Below are positions 19,101-26,346 of a stretch of DNA of 32,017 bases, piece after piece. The notes beneath the pieces were generated by a model. That model was not told where the DNA came from and searched no databases. It was given only the letters and a program-made list of their open reading frames with translations. The stretch covers positions 10,090 to 42,106 of the forward strand of contig PFAI01000057.1 of assembly GCA_002763225.1 (NCBI GenBank), given 5' to 3'. Numbering within the stretch: position 1 is the stretch's first letter; each line of letters starts with the position of its first letter. This DNA comes from Candidatus Diapherotrites archaeon CG10_big_fil_rev_8_21_14_0_10_31_34. GTDB taxonomy: Archaea; Iainarchaeota; Iainarchaeia; Iainarchaeales; 1-14-0-10-31-34. The position numbers were made by a program, and so were the translations under genes.

Positions 19101-22100
19101 ACACTGAAACACTAATTGATGCAAAATATTCAAGCAAATTCGGCAAAGCGGAATTTAATATAATGCAATGGGACCCAAAAACAACAATAAAATTTACTGC
19201 AAAAAAGTTTGGCTATGAAACAGGAATAAAAGAAATAATTTTATCAGAAGAAGTATTTGAATTACTTCCTGAAAACATTAATGAAACTTTAAGCAAAAGA
19301 GATAATCCTTTAGTAACAAAAGAAATTACAATAATTAATTTGCTTGAAACAGATTTGAAAATATATGGAATTAATTTAAAAAACGAAGTCGGGTATTTTG
19401 GGGCATTTATTGACACTGAAAGAATGCAGGGAAAATTTGATGGATTTAAAGGGCAGACAGTTGAAGCTTTCCCTCAAGAATTTAATGCAGAAATATTTGA
19501 AGCAAAACTGCAAAATGGATTACAGGATGATTATACTGGAACTGCAAAAGGGATAATGACTGTTTCTTTGATTAACGAAGAATTTGATGCAGTATATGAT
19601 AAAGAAATTGAAGTTAATTTAAGTTTAGGAATAGGAGAAGAAATAGATAATGCTTCTTGCTTGGAAATAGTTTCAGGAGAAACACAGTTTTCAAGACAGA
19701 CAACTTCCCAGCCAGTTCAATTAGCTTATACAATAGAAAATACTTGTTCAGATAATACAGGAAAAGGAATCAGAGTAAATAATTTAAAAGCAAGAGTTGA
19801 ATGGGCTTCATCAAAAAAAGGAGAAGTTTCACTGCAAATGAGTATCCCAAGTAGCGGTCAAAAAACTGCTACGCTAAAAACAACTGAATTCACTGAATTT
19901 TTTTCAAATGTTAACGCAAAAGAAGAATTCCAGGCTTTATTGACTTATACTCCAAACACTGAATTGCTTGGAGAAGAAGGAACAGGAGAATTTACTGTGG
20001 TAATTGAAGCAGAACTTGTTACTGCAGATGGAAAACAAGTAATTCAGACTTCACCTTCTTCAATTCAGGGAAAAATCGGTAATGTTGATTTAATTGAATG
20101 CATTGAATTTGATCCAAAACCAAAAATTGGAACAGTAATTGAATCAGATTCAGATGAAACAGAATTCATTATAACAAATAATTGCGGAATGGAAGTAGAC
20201 TTAAGATTTTGTGACGGAGACAACAGATGCAATGGAGGAACAGAAGAAGGAGGAATAATAGTTACTCCAAAAACAATTACTGACCCATTAACTTTAGGAA
20301 CAGGAAACAATAATGCAGACAAAGTCAAAGTTGAAAAAACAAGCATTCCAGGAATTTATGGAATGAAAATAGAAGCAAAAATTTCAGGAGAATCATGGAG
20401 AGAAATTGCTGTATATGATGTTTTAGTTAAACCAAATGACGGGTATTTTAGTTTAGCAGATTACACTATTGCTGTTCCAGAAACAAATGTAAAAGACATA
20501 ATTGAATTAAAAAATGAAAGATTATATGCTGATGTTAAAGTAACTGCAAGCGACTGTGACTGGGAAACTGCTTCAGACACTTGGGGAAGATGGGATGATG
20601 GAATAAAGGGATTTGGAGCAGGCGGAGCTTCAGCTGCAGGAGCTATTGTTGTTACTGCAATACTATCAAAAGCCGTTGCACTTAGTGCTATGACAGGACC
20701 TGTAGGAATCGCAATAATGGTTGGAGTCGCAGTAATTGGAAGTATTATTTGCATTTTTGCCTGCCCTGACCCCTGCGATAATGAAACAACCACAATCTTG
20801 CAGGACAATATAATCAGATTAAGCACCTACAATGACTCATCAGATTTAAATGGAATCAGCTTATCACTTAAAGGAATTGAAGTAGGATGGAATTTTGAAG
20901 ACGCAGTATTAGACTTTATAAATAACGCGCCTCCGGGAAAAGAAACAATTCCATTATACTTTGAAAAAACAACTTCAGATTATGACAATATTAAACCAGC
21001 TTATGGAATACTGACAATAGATGCAATAGAGCATCCCCACAAAGACACTCTTAAAGTGCCAAGAGGAAATTCAAATTTCGGTCCATTTAACCTGCCTGAA
21101 TATTATTCAGGAAGAAAAGCAGTATGGACAACAAATTCAATAAAGAAAAAATTCCATGTAAGGGCAATAACAAAAAGATTTATTGAAGAAATTCCTCCAA
21201 TAAACACAAGCCTTGACTGTGTAAGACCAACAGGAGAAATAGGAGGAATAGGAGAACAAGCTTTACCAAAAGTAAAATTAGACTGGGAATGGAATTCAAT
21301 TGCTTTCAATGAATGCGAACAATCAAATGAAAACTATGTTTACTGCGATTCAACTCAGTTTGCAATAATGCTGAATAAAAGAATACACAAAATAGATGAA
21401 TTCATGAAAGAAAACAATTATGGTTTTGACTGCCCGGAAAACCCAATAGAAAAAGCAGCTAATTCAAACTGGGAAAAAACAAGAATGCATGATGTTGCTG
21501 AAGGAAAAATAGGGATAAACCAAGTGCAGATTAATACAAACAAAGAAACAAACAAAACAACAATTGATGCAGTAATACTAAACAAAAATATTTCTCCAAT
21601 GGAAGCTAAAGTAACAATGAATTTAACTGTTCCAGAAGGAACTGAATATGCAGGAGAAACAGAATGCATAAAAGAAACCGGAATGCTTGGATTAAATTCA
21701 AGCAAAACAGTTTCCTGTGAATTTGTTTTGCCTAAAACAGAAGAAGCATATAAAATTGAAGTAAGGCATGTGCCTCAAAAAATAATTGAGGATCCAATTG
21801 AAAGAGTTAAATATGATTCATTTGCATTTAACATTAATTTCACTTTATTTGAAGAAAAAGAATGCTGGGCAGGAACTTCAACAATAGATACAGCAGGAGT
21901 CTTTCCATTAAACCTTTACCTGAATAAATTAGACCCTCTCTGGGGGGAATACGTCAAACAAGAAATAATTAAATTCCAGGGCAATAATATTTCTACAGAT
22001 GATACAAAAATAATTAATGTAATTGAAAATGTAAAAGAATTAAGTCATTTTAATGTTTATATGATGAAAGATGGTTTTAGCCAAGACTTTAAAGAAGATT

Positions 22101-23302
22101 TTGCAGACTATTATGAAAACGCGTTTTTGGGTTCAGCAACATGGTTTACAGACGGAGATTCAGATACAACAAACAATGAGTTAGCTGAATACTTTAAACA
22201 AGATGGATTGCTTTCATTTAACAGAAAATATTTAAGAGAAGAAAAATATGAATTACCTGAACCAGGATTATACCGGGTTGATATTCAAATAGATTACACT
22301 GGAGACAAATGGAGTTTATTTGATGTAAGCGAAAAACCAAACGCAGAAATCAGAGTTGAATTCACCAGATTAAACACTCCAAATGTTGATTCAATCTTTT
22401 ATTATATGCCGTTTGATGGAAAAGTAGGAGAAGAAAATTTTGCTTACCATAGAATTGGATATGGAGCAGGCTACACTAACTTAAAAGAAGAAAACTTAAA
22501 TGTAAACAATAACACTGTTCTTTCTTCAAGCAATACTTCTAGTGCACCAATACAAGAAATATTAATAGAAAAAAGCAATTCATTAAATGAAATGAATTCA
22601 GATGAAGAAACAAGAGGAAGCATTTTGAATTTAAATTATGACGGAAGCGACATAAAAATGAAGTTTGCTCCTTCAAAAGCAACTCCAGTTGTATTAAGAA
22701 TGTGGCATGAACAAACAAGCTCAACAAATGAATTCACTTATTATTATGGAATGCAGGAAAGTAATTTGCCTGTTTTAGCAGGAGACAAACTTGCGTTTTG
22801 GAGAGGATTAGGGAGATGCAGAGACTTTGAAGGAAAGTTTTTGCAGAATTATAAAAGATGGGATACTCAAACTGGAAGCGAATCACAGAGTTTATATGAA
22901 GTAGCATGGAATAATGCAGTCAAAGGAGGAGACACTTACTTAAAAACAATTTTATACACTCCAGTTGAAAGAAACATTAACTTAAAAGTAGAAGAAGATG
23001 TTTCAGTTAAAAAATCAGCTTTGTTTACTCCAAACGAAAAAAACTCTAAAATAATAGGATTAAACGGAATAACAGAAATGCAATACAATAATGCAAACCA
23101 GCAAAGCAGCAGTTATTTAAAAAACATTAAAAACGTGTTTGATTTAGTTAAACAAGGAAAATTATGTATTTCGCAAAACGATTCTTCATTAAACGTTTAC
23201 TGGAATGAACAAGAATTATACAGAACAAAAGGAGCAGACACAGGGCAAAGCATAAATGATTTAGAAGAATCATTGGTTGCCGGAGACAACTGCATTGAAT
23301 GA
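16109..23302 (+). CDS. Giant membrane-anchored surface protein, paralog 3 (2397 aa), TTG start
   Basis: The start codon at 16109 is TTG, read directly as ttgggtttaaaa. This start is supported because it reproduces the MGLKD leader of paralogs 1 and 2, and by agaggggaa (16095-16103) upstream. It has the same architecture: leader, TM helix, beta-sandwich repeats (about 16300-17880), GEEIDNASC, KLDWEW...YCDSTQ and MPFDGKVG. It also has a strongly hydrophobic Gly/Ala-rich internal double segment at 20609-20764. Confidence 0.9.
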   Translation: MGLKDIYNSAEDKYYEIIDSIDKTIPITKITDAIDSVVPSFALLLVLIVLVLGFLLWPVIFPAETISYKITVEDENGNFLEGINASITPAETGKGDLMQGIFTTNEKGEINSTARKGTEIIIEIKNSGYEEEKRNAIIEEQNQKIIFKLKKLVSEEPAEATLRFTDSGGQRITGKEITVKLSCRNSSVVPSPSIVRDSDKDGEIIVPIPKDCDKLMVDSVEVLGFEEWNGMVNGAVLSIKLDSISEETDNELTGDLRVVVQDSDGNPLDGIKVNLMKGNSTIKQEYSDSGEVQFIGVLIGEYDLVLQDSENNYAIKKVYSVEIYNQTVTKEIVEMKLTQKGTLKVTVKDIDTGTRIENAEVLITGNAGEILGEENTGEDGLTVEFALFSDEEITIIVRHEDYLPETTVIEEISKDGTEITIELEKITSANSGKLNITLVDEENKKVANARVMILNEDKSFATQYPEKFSDAKGDVNYSGIKEGSYIVRAEKFPASAQSDLFEINLTEITSMTVKMTIGNAKIHLKTIDNEGNPIPFTRVKVKSLDKENEYPLDEKGETELLIKADKRVFFEFYDPEDNYAKYTTKEYQLFPEEIKPEGYEIVGVMSEQIAGQGLWVELKGVYSDGIKQDVLVGGRPYIAVFELFVPTDESFDSAGIHVRVGEDSHVFMENDIVSIRKINAPDATKIKGKTWNPVKGEDIDLDVDNSASSNAEGKWANIVWDKVQPGRYQAEVEIKINEQATDSDEISIKYRAWGKGQGYYYFPADNDLGATKQMLYAETLETVFNAAEEIPICEENNLCMSGQILLDLEEEPFITQKKLPFKTKTFGTYEYEFKIANNSLSTYDEPEIWIKLIDPTENNGQYVETKKAEIAYYEIKRADGTIIKNTELNDTSTQGIELGKFMDQSVIEGTIGIKTKNAGSIYANVSIIEKTNKGSNEIFNNEQKTQIKISSEKELVITAKPEFVPAWVETPIEITVKDDEGIEVENALITFSVIESENTETLIDAKYSSKFGKAEFNIMQWDPKTTIKFTAKKFGYETGIKEIILSEEVFELLPENINETLSKRDNPLVTKEITIINLLETDLKIYGINLKNEVGYFGAFIDTERMQGKFDGFKGQTVEAFPQEFNAEIFEAKLQNGLQDDYTGTAKGIMTVSLINEEFDAVYDKEIEVNLSLGIGEEIDNASCLEIVSGETQFSRQTTSQPVQLAYTIENTCSDNTGKGIRVNNLKARVEWASSKKGEVSLQMSIPSSGQKTATLKTTEFTEFFSNVNAKEEFQALLTYTPNTELLGEEGTGEFTVVIEAELVTADGKQVIQTSPSSIQGKIGNVDLIECIEFDPKPKIGTVIESDSDETEFIITNNCGMEVDLRFCDGDNRCNGGTEEGGIIVTPKTITDPLTLGTGNNNADKVKVEKTSIPGIYGMKIEAKISGESWREIAVYDVLVKPNDGYFSLADYTIAVPETNVKDIIELKNERLYADVKVTASDCDWETASDTWGRWDDGIKGFGAGGASAAGAIVVTAILSKAVALSAMTGPVGIAIMVGVAVIGSIICIFACPDPCDNETTTILQDNIIRLSTYNDSSDLNGISLSLKGIEVGWNFEDAVLDFINNAPPGKETIPLYFEKTTSDYDNIKPAYGILTIDAIEHPHKDTLKVPRGNSNFGPFNLPEYYSGRKAVWTTNSIKKKFHVRAITKRFIEEIPPINTSLDCVRPTGEIGGIGEQALPKVKLDWEWNSIAFNECEQSNENYVYCDSTQFAIMLNKRIHKIDEFMKENNYGFDCPENPIEKAANSNWEKTRMHDVAEGKIGINQVQINTNKETNKTTIDAVILNKNISPMEAKVTMNLTVPEGTEYAGETECIKETGMLGLNSSKTVSCEFVLPKTEEAYKIEVRHVPQKIIEDPIERVKYDSFAFNINFTLFEEKECWAGTSTIDTAGVFPLNLYLNKLDPLWGEYVKQEIIKFQGNNISTDDTKIINVIENVKELSHFNVYMMKDGFSQDFKEDFADYYENAFLGSATWFTDGDSDTTNNELAEYFKQDGLLSFNRKYLREEKYELPEPGLYRVDIQIDYTGDKWSLFDVSEKPNAEIRVEFTRLNTPNVDSIFYYMPFDGKVGEENFAYHRIGYGAGYTNLKEENLNVNNNTVLSSSNTSSAPIQEILIEKSNSLNEMNSDEETRGSILNLNYDGSDIKMKFAPSKATPVVLRMWHEQTSSTNEFTYYYGMQESNLPVLAGDKLAFWRGLGRCRDFEGKFLQNYKRWDTQTGSESQSLYEVAWNNAVKGGDTYLKTILYTPVERNINLKVEEDVSVKKSALFTPNEKNSKIIGLNGITEMQYNNANQQSSSYLKNIKNVFDLVKQGKLCISQNDSSLNVYWNEQELYRTKGADTGQSINDLEESLVAGDNCIE
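20609..20764 (+). other. Internal Gly/Ala-rich double hydrophobic segment (predicted TM hairpin or membrane-insertion element) inside giant protein 3
   Basis: The translation is GFGAGGASAAGAIVVTAILSKAVALSAMTGPVGIAIMVGVAVIGSIICIFAC, followed by PDPC. These are two ~20-aa apolar stretches about 1500 aa from the N-terminal anchor. GC content is locally higher because of Gly/Ala codons. Confidence 0.6.
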
Positions 23303-23370
23303 AACAAAAAAAATAACAACTGGTTTTTCCGGAAATCAAATTATTTATTAAACAAATTTATCAAACCAAA

Positions 23371-23380
23371 TTATTTTAAA
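23371..23380 (+). promoter_or_regulatory. TATA-like box (ttattttaaa) about 28 nt upstream of the 23404 ATG; candidate promoter for a leaderless small-gene operon
   Basis: No SD-like sequence lies between this box and the ATG at 23404. The spacing fits an archaeal TATA-to-TSS distance if the transcript is leaderless. The AT-rich background keeps confidence low. Confidence 0.3.
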
Positions 23381-23403
23381 CTACAAAACACATTAATTTA
23401 TTC

Positions 23404-23751
23404 ATGGAATCAGATTTAATTGCATTTCTTTTTATTACAGATTTTATTGCAGACATGACTTTTGCATTAAAGATTTTTGTGCTTTTAGCAATAATTTCTT
23501 TTATCAAAGGAAATCTTGGAACAGGGCCTTTTGCAGTAATTTTAATGGCTTTAGCTTCATATTTTGTAATCTTTGATCAATGGAAATTATTTGGAGGAAT
23601 ATACATTTTATACGTATTGTTTTTCTTTGGTTTAGGGCATTTGTTAGTAGACTTCTTTTTTGTTGCACAACATGCTCCATCAGATGACCAAATAGCACAG
23701 CAAATGAGCCATATTCCAAGCCAAAATGTTCCAAGGAGAGGGATGCATTAA
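23404..23751 (+). CDS. Small integral membrane protein (115 aa), KGNLG-motif family member 1
   Basis: It has three hydrophobic helices and the motif KGNLGTGP (nt 23506-23529) after the first helix. Its stop overlaps the next start by 1 nt (TAATG at 23749-23753). Confidence 0.7.
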   Translation: MESDLIAFLFITDFIADMTFALKIFVLLAIISFIKGNLGTGPFAVILMALASYFVIFDQWKLFGGIYILYVLFFFGLGHLLVDFFFVAQHAPSDDQIAQQMSHIPSQNVPRRGMH

Positions 23752-24089
23752 TGAATCAGAAAGGAGGGTTAATTTTATTGATTTTTGCTTTATTTATCCT
23801 TGTAGGGCTATTACCATTAGTTTTAATGACTTTGGTCCCTCAGGCAAAGATTTTAGTTCAATTAATATTGGTTTTTACTTTATACACTACTGTCAGAGGC
23901 TATTTGGGTTCAGGGCCGTTAACATTAATAATTACCGGAGTACTAATATATATTTTAGTAATAAAATATCCTGCAGTTTCGTCTGCAGCATATGTTTACA
24001 TTATGATAGTCCAGATAGGAGTTAGTTCAATGCTTATCTGGGGAACAAGTTTTTTCATGACAAAATTTGGAAGAAAACCCGGGGGATAA
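23751..24089 (+). CDS. Small integral membrane protein (112 aa), KGNLG-motif family member 2
   Basis: ATG at 23751 is preceded by aggagaggg (23734-23742). The protein is hydrophobic throughout and has the motif RGYLGSGP (nt 23895-23918) at a position comparable to members 1 and 3. Confidence 0.7.
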   Translation: MNQKGGLILLIFALFILVGLLPLVLMTLVPQAKILVQLILVFTLYTTVRGYLGSGPLTLIITGVLIYILVIKYPAVSSAAYVYIMIVQIGVSSMLIWGTSFFMTKFGRKPGG

Positions 24090-24090
24090 A

Positions 24091-24345
24091 ATGGATGCAA
24101 TGATTTTTTCTTCACTAACATTAGATTTAGAAATAGTTATTTCCTTGTTTCTTTTGGTATGGGTTTATTCCTGGGCAAAAGGAAATCTTGGAAGCCCAAA
24201 ACTGGCAATAATTTTTGCTGCAATAATTGTTTATCTGACAGTATCACAGCACAGAGAACTAATCTGGTTTGGAGTAATTTTATTTTTGTTAGCAACTTTT
24301 GGAAAAGAATTACTGGCAAAATTCATGGTTTACGAGGCGCAGTAA
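24091..24345 (+). CDS. Small integral membrane protein (84 aa), KGNLG-motif family member 3
   Basis: I prefer the ATG at 24091 (MDAMIFSS...) over the TTG at 24067 in the ORF track. The ATG lies 1 nt after the previous stop and 3 nt after gggggat (SD-like). The motif KGNLGSP is at nt 24178-24198, and the 16-nt string aaaggaaatcttggaa is identical to that in member 1. Confidence 0.65.
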   Translation: MDAMIFSSLTLDLEIVISLFLLVWVYSWAKGNLGSPKLAIIFAAIIVYLTVSQHRELIWFGVILFLLATFGKELLAKFMVYEAQ

Positions 24346-24346
24346 A

Positions 24347-24652
24347 ATGGATTTATTTAATTTAATTCTGGCAATAATTTTTTTAATGATGGCCACTCAA
24401 TGGGGGGACACATGGCTGATAGTTTTAATGCTTGCAATATTATTGGTTGCAATGCGTGACATAAAATCAACAATAATTTTAATTGTAGCTGCAGTAGCAA
24501 TGTTTTTAATCAAAGACAATTTACAGGAATATGCTTTGTTTGTAATTATTGGATTAATTTTATTGGCTTTGGTTTTAGGAAAAAAAGCAGATGAACAACA
24601 GCCTGAAATGTTTGCTCCAGGCGGTTTTGGCGGGCTAATGGGAGGAATGTAA
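24347..24652 (+). CDS. Small integral membrane protein (101 aa) with a Gly-rich C-terminus
   Basis: I prefer the ATG at 24347 (MDLFNLILAI...), 1 nt after the previous stop, with gagg 10 nt upstream. The longer track ORF starting at 24299 would overlap the previous gene by 47 nt. The protein has three apolar helices and the tail PGGFGGLMGGM. Confidence 0.65.
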   Translation: MDLFNLILAIIFLMMATQWGDTWLIVLMLAILLVAMRDIKSTIILIVAAVAMFLIKDNLQEYALFVIIGLILLALVLGKKADEQQPEMFAPGGFGGLMGGM

Positions 24653-24653
24653 A

Positions 24654-25142
24654 ATGCCTTTAAAAACAAGGCAATTACTTTCAAGAACAACCCGATTTAA
24701 AAAAAATCTAATTACTTCAAACAGAAGAAATACCAGGAATTCAGCTAAACCAATTTTTGCCAGACAGGTTAAAAGAAAGATTTCCGAAATTAAAGATTTG
24801 GATTTACACAGCAATATGAAAAGACTTGGAATAACAGCAGAAAAAACGCTTTATGATAAAATTTTATTTCTTGAAAAAATCATTAAAAGAAATCTTAAGG
24901 TAAAAAGTAATTCATTACTCGGCTTTGGAAAAAAAAGAAAATATTATTTTGTTAAAGTGTATTCTCCTGGACAAACAACAAAACTTTTGAGGATAATTAA
25001 CACAGAAACTGTCAGCAAACTCATGGGAATTGAAAGAGAAATAACAACAAAAATACAACAACAAAAAGATAAAGAAAAGAAACAAATAATTGAAGGACTT
25101 CAAGGGCATGGGCCCATTGACATATTTCCTTTTAGTGATTAA
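24654..25142 (+). CDS. Highly basic soluble protein (162 aa), function unknown
   Basis: ATG at 24654 lies 1 nt after the previous stop, with ggaggaat (24641-24648) upstream. The protein is Lys/Arg-rich throughout (RRNTRNSAKPIFARQVKRK, GFGKKRKYYFVKV) and has no hydrophobic segment. I recognise no family. Confidence 0.65.
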   Translation: MPLKTRQLLSRTTRFKKNLITSNRRNTRNSAKPIFARQVKRKISEIKDLDLHSNMKRLGITAEKTLYDKILFLEKIIKRNLKVKSNSLLGFGKKRKYYFVKVYSPGQTTKLLRIINTETVSKLMGIEREITTKIQQQKDKEKKQIIEGLQGHGPIDIFPFSD

Positions 25143-25145
25143 ATT

Positions 25146-25652
25146 ATGAAATTAATTTATGTGCTTATTTTATTAGTGTTTTACTTTTATTTTCATTTTA
25201 AGGGCCCTGTGATAGCTGAATGGGTTATTGGAATATTAATTTTGTTAATGGTTTTAGCAAAACTTTTTTCAGGAATACTTGGAATAGGAAAAGCCGGAGC
25301 AAAAGAATTTACGAGAGACATGGAAACAGACATGATGAATGCAAAAGGAAAAGGACCTTCAAAAGAATTCTTGACTGAAGTAGTCAGAGAAACAGGAAGA
25401 AAGTCAGGCGAATTTTTAGGGGCACCAGAAAGCTATGTGTACAAACAAAAAGATTTAATCGGAAACTTAAGCCAGGGGGCAAAAAACTTTTTTGCAGGAA
25501 TAACTGCATTGTTTGGGGGAAAATATGAAAAGCCTTCACACAAAGAAGAACCCAAACATAATAATCCACCAAAAAAACATGTTGAAGAACATCATGCAGA
25601 AAAAGCTTCAGACAGCCATTCACATGAAGGGCATGGGCACGGCCATCATTAA
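25146..25652 (+). CDS. Membrane protein (168 aa) with two N-terminal TM helices and a His-rich C-terminal tail
   Basis: ATG at 25146 lies 3 nt after the previous stop, with gtgat (25135-25139) upstream. The N-terminus MKLIYVLILLVFYFYF...WVIGILILLMVLAKLF is hydrophobic. The tail HVEEHHAEKASDSHSHEGHGHGHH is encoded by nt 25578-25649. Confidence 0.7.
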   Translation: MKLIYVLILLVFYFYFHFKGPVIAEWVIGILILLMVLAKLFSGILGIGKAGAKEFTRDMETDMMNAKGKGPSKEFLTEVVRETGRKSGEFLGAPESYVYKQKDLIGNLSQGAKNFFAGITALFGGKYEKPSHKEEPKHNNPPKKHVEEHHAEKASDSHSHEGHGHGHH

Positions 25653-25653
25653 A

Positions 25654-26232
25654 TTATTTTTTAGTTAAAATTTTTCTGTTTGTTTCAAGGATTTTTTTCA
25701 TTATATCATGCATTGCATTAACTTTTGCATTTGATTCCTTGAAATCTTTTTTTATTTCATTTACATCTTTTTCAATTAAAGAAATTTTTTTTATTAACTG
25801 GGTTAAATCCCCTGAAGCAATCTTTCCATGCAGTGAATCCATTTTGTCATTAATTTCTTCCAGTTTTCCGTCTTGTTCTTCTAATTTCAAGTGAGTTGAC
25901 TGTTCTCTTAAAGAATCAGATGACTCTTTTTCATCTAAATGTTTTTTGATTTTAGCTGAAGTCTTTTTTATAACTGAATCAATATTATAATTATTTGAAT
26001 CAACATTTGTTTCATCATCAATCTCTTGGGTTTCAGTTTCCTTTTCAGGAATTTCAGCTTCAGCAAACTCATCTTCTGGTTCTTCTGTGTTCCCTTTAGC
26101 AGAATCCATTAATTCTTTTGATTCTTCTTCACTTAACCCTAAATCAGATAAAGTAGTTAGTATAACTGAATCATCTATTCCTGAATCAAGCATTTTTTTG
26201 ATTGTTTTAATTACAATTTCTTTGTCAACCAT
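25654..26232 (-). CDS. Acidic coiled-coil protein (192 aa), function unknown
   Basis: The base composition flips here to T-rich on the + strand, as expected for a minus-strand gene. The protein has a small helical N-terminal region, a Glu/Asp-rich linker and a heptad-like C-terminal half. Its stop lies 1 nt from the stop of the convergent 25146..25652 gene. Confidence 0.7.
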   Translation of the reverse strand: MVDKEIVIKTIKKMLDSGIDDSVILTTLSDLGLSEEESKELMDSAKGNTEEPEDEFAEAEIPEKETETQEIDDETNVDSNNYNIDSVIKKTSAKIKKHLDEKESSDSLREQSTHLKLEEQDGKLEEINDKMDSLHGKIASGDLTQLIKKISLIEKDVNEIKKDFKESNAKVNAMHDIMKKILETNRKILTKK

Positions 26233-26346
26233 TTTACCACAAACTATTGTTTTTTATTTAAAAGTGTCTTTATTTTTAAATTATTACTCCATTTATAATA
26301 TGAAGAACTTATTTATATTAGTTTTTAATTTAGTTTAAGTGATACA

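Noticed and set aside
1641-23302. The idea that the three giants are simply the S-layer protein(s) of the organism.
   Set aside because: This is not fully rejected. Arguing against a plain lattice-forming S-layer protein are the N-terminal rather than C-terminal membrane anchor, the triplication with paralog-specific hydrophobic insertions, the conserved cytoplasmic-side leader, and the very large size. Only homology and structure searches or proteomics can settle it.
23326-23335. The palindrome tttccggaaa after the giant 3 stop, considered as a terminator hairpin or binding site.
   Set aside because: It is only a 10-nt self-complementary string with no loop. The adjacent T5 tract (ggttttt, about 23322-23327) is a more plausible archaeal termination signal, and neither can be confirmed from sequence.
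23726-24025. Alternative-frame ORFs over the small-membrane-gene operon: 23726..24025 +, 24159..24365 +, 23504..23734 -, 24137..24319 - and 24397..24690 -.
   Set aside because: They overlap the chain of genes that have SD motifs and stop/start coupling. Their products lack the coherent hydrophobic-helix pattern and the shared KGNLG motif seen in the chosen frames.
24067-24090. Longer N-terminal extensions given by the ORF track for two small genes: a TTG start at 24067 and an ATG start at 24299.
   Set aside because: ATG codons at 24091 and 24347 lie 1 nt after the preceding stops with SD-like sequences upstream. The extensions would overlap the previous genes and add polar residues ahead of what otherwise look like native N-termini (MDAMIF..., MDLFNL...). 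This is not proven.
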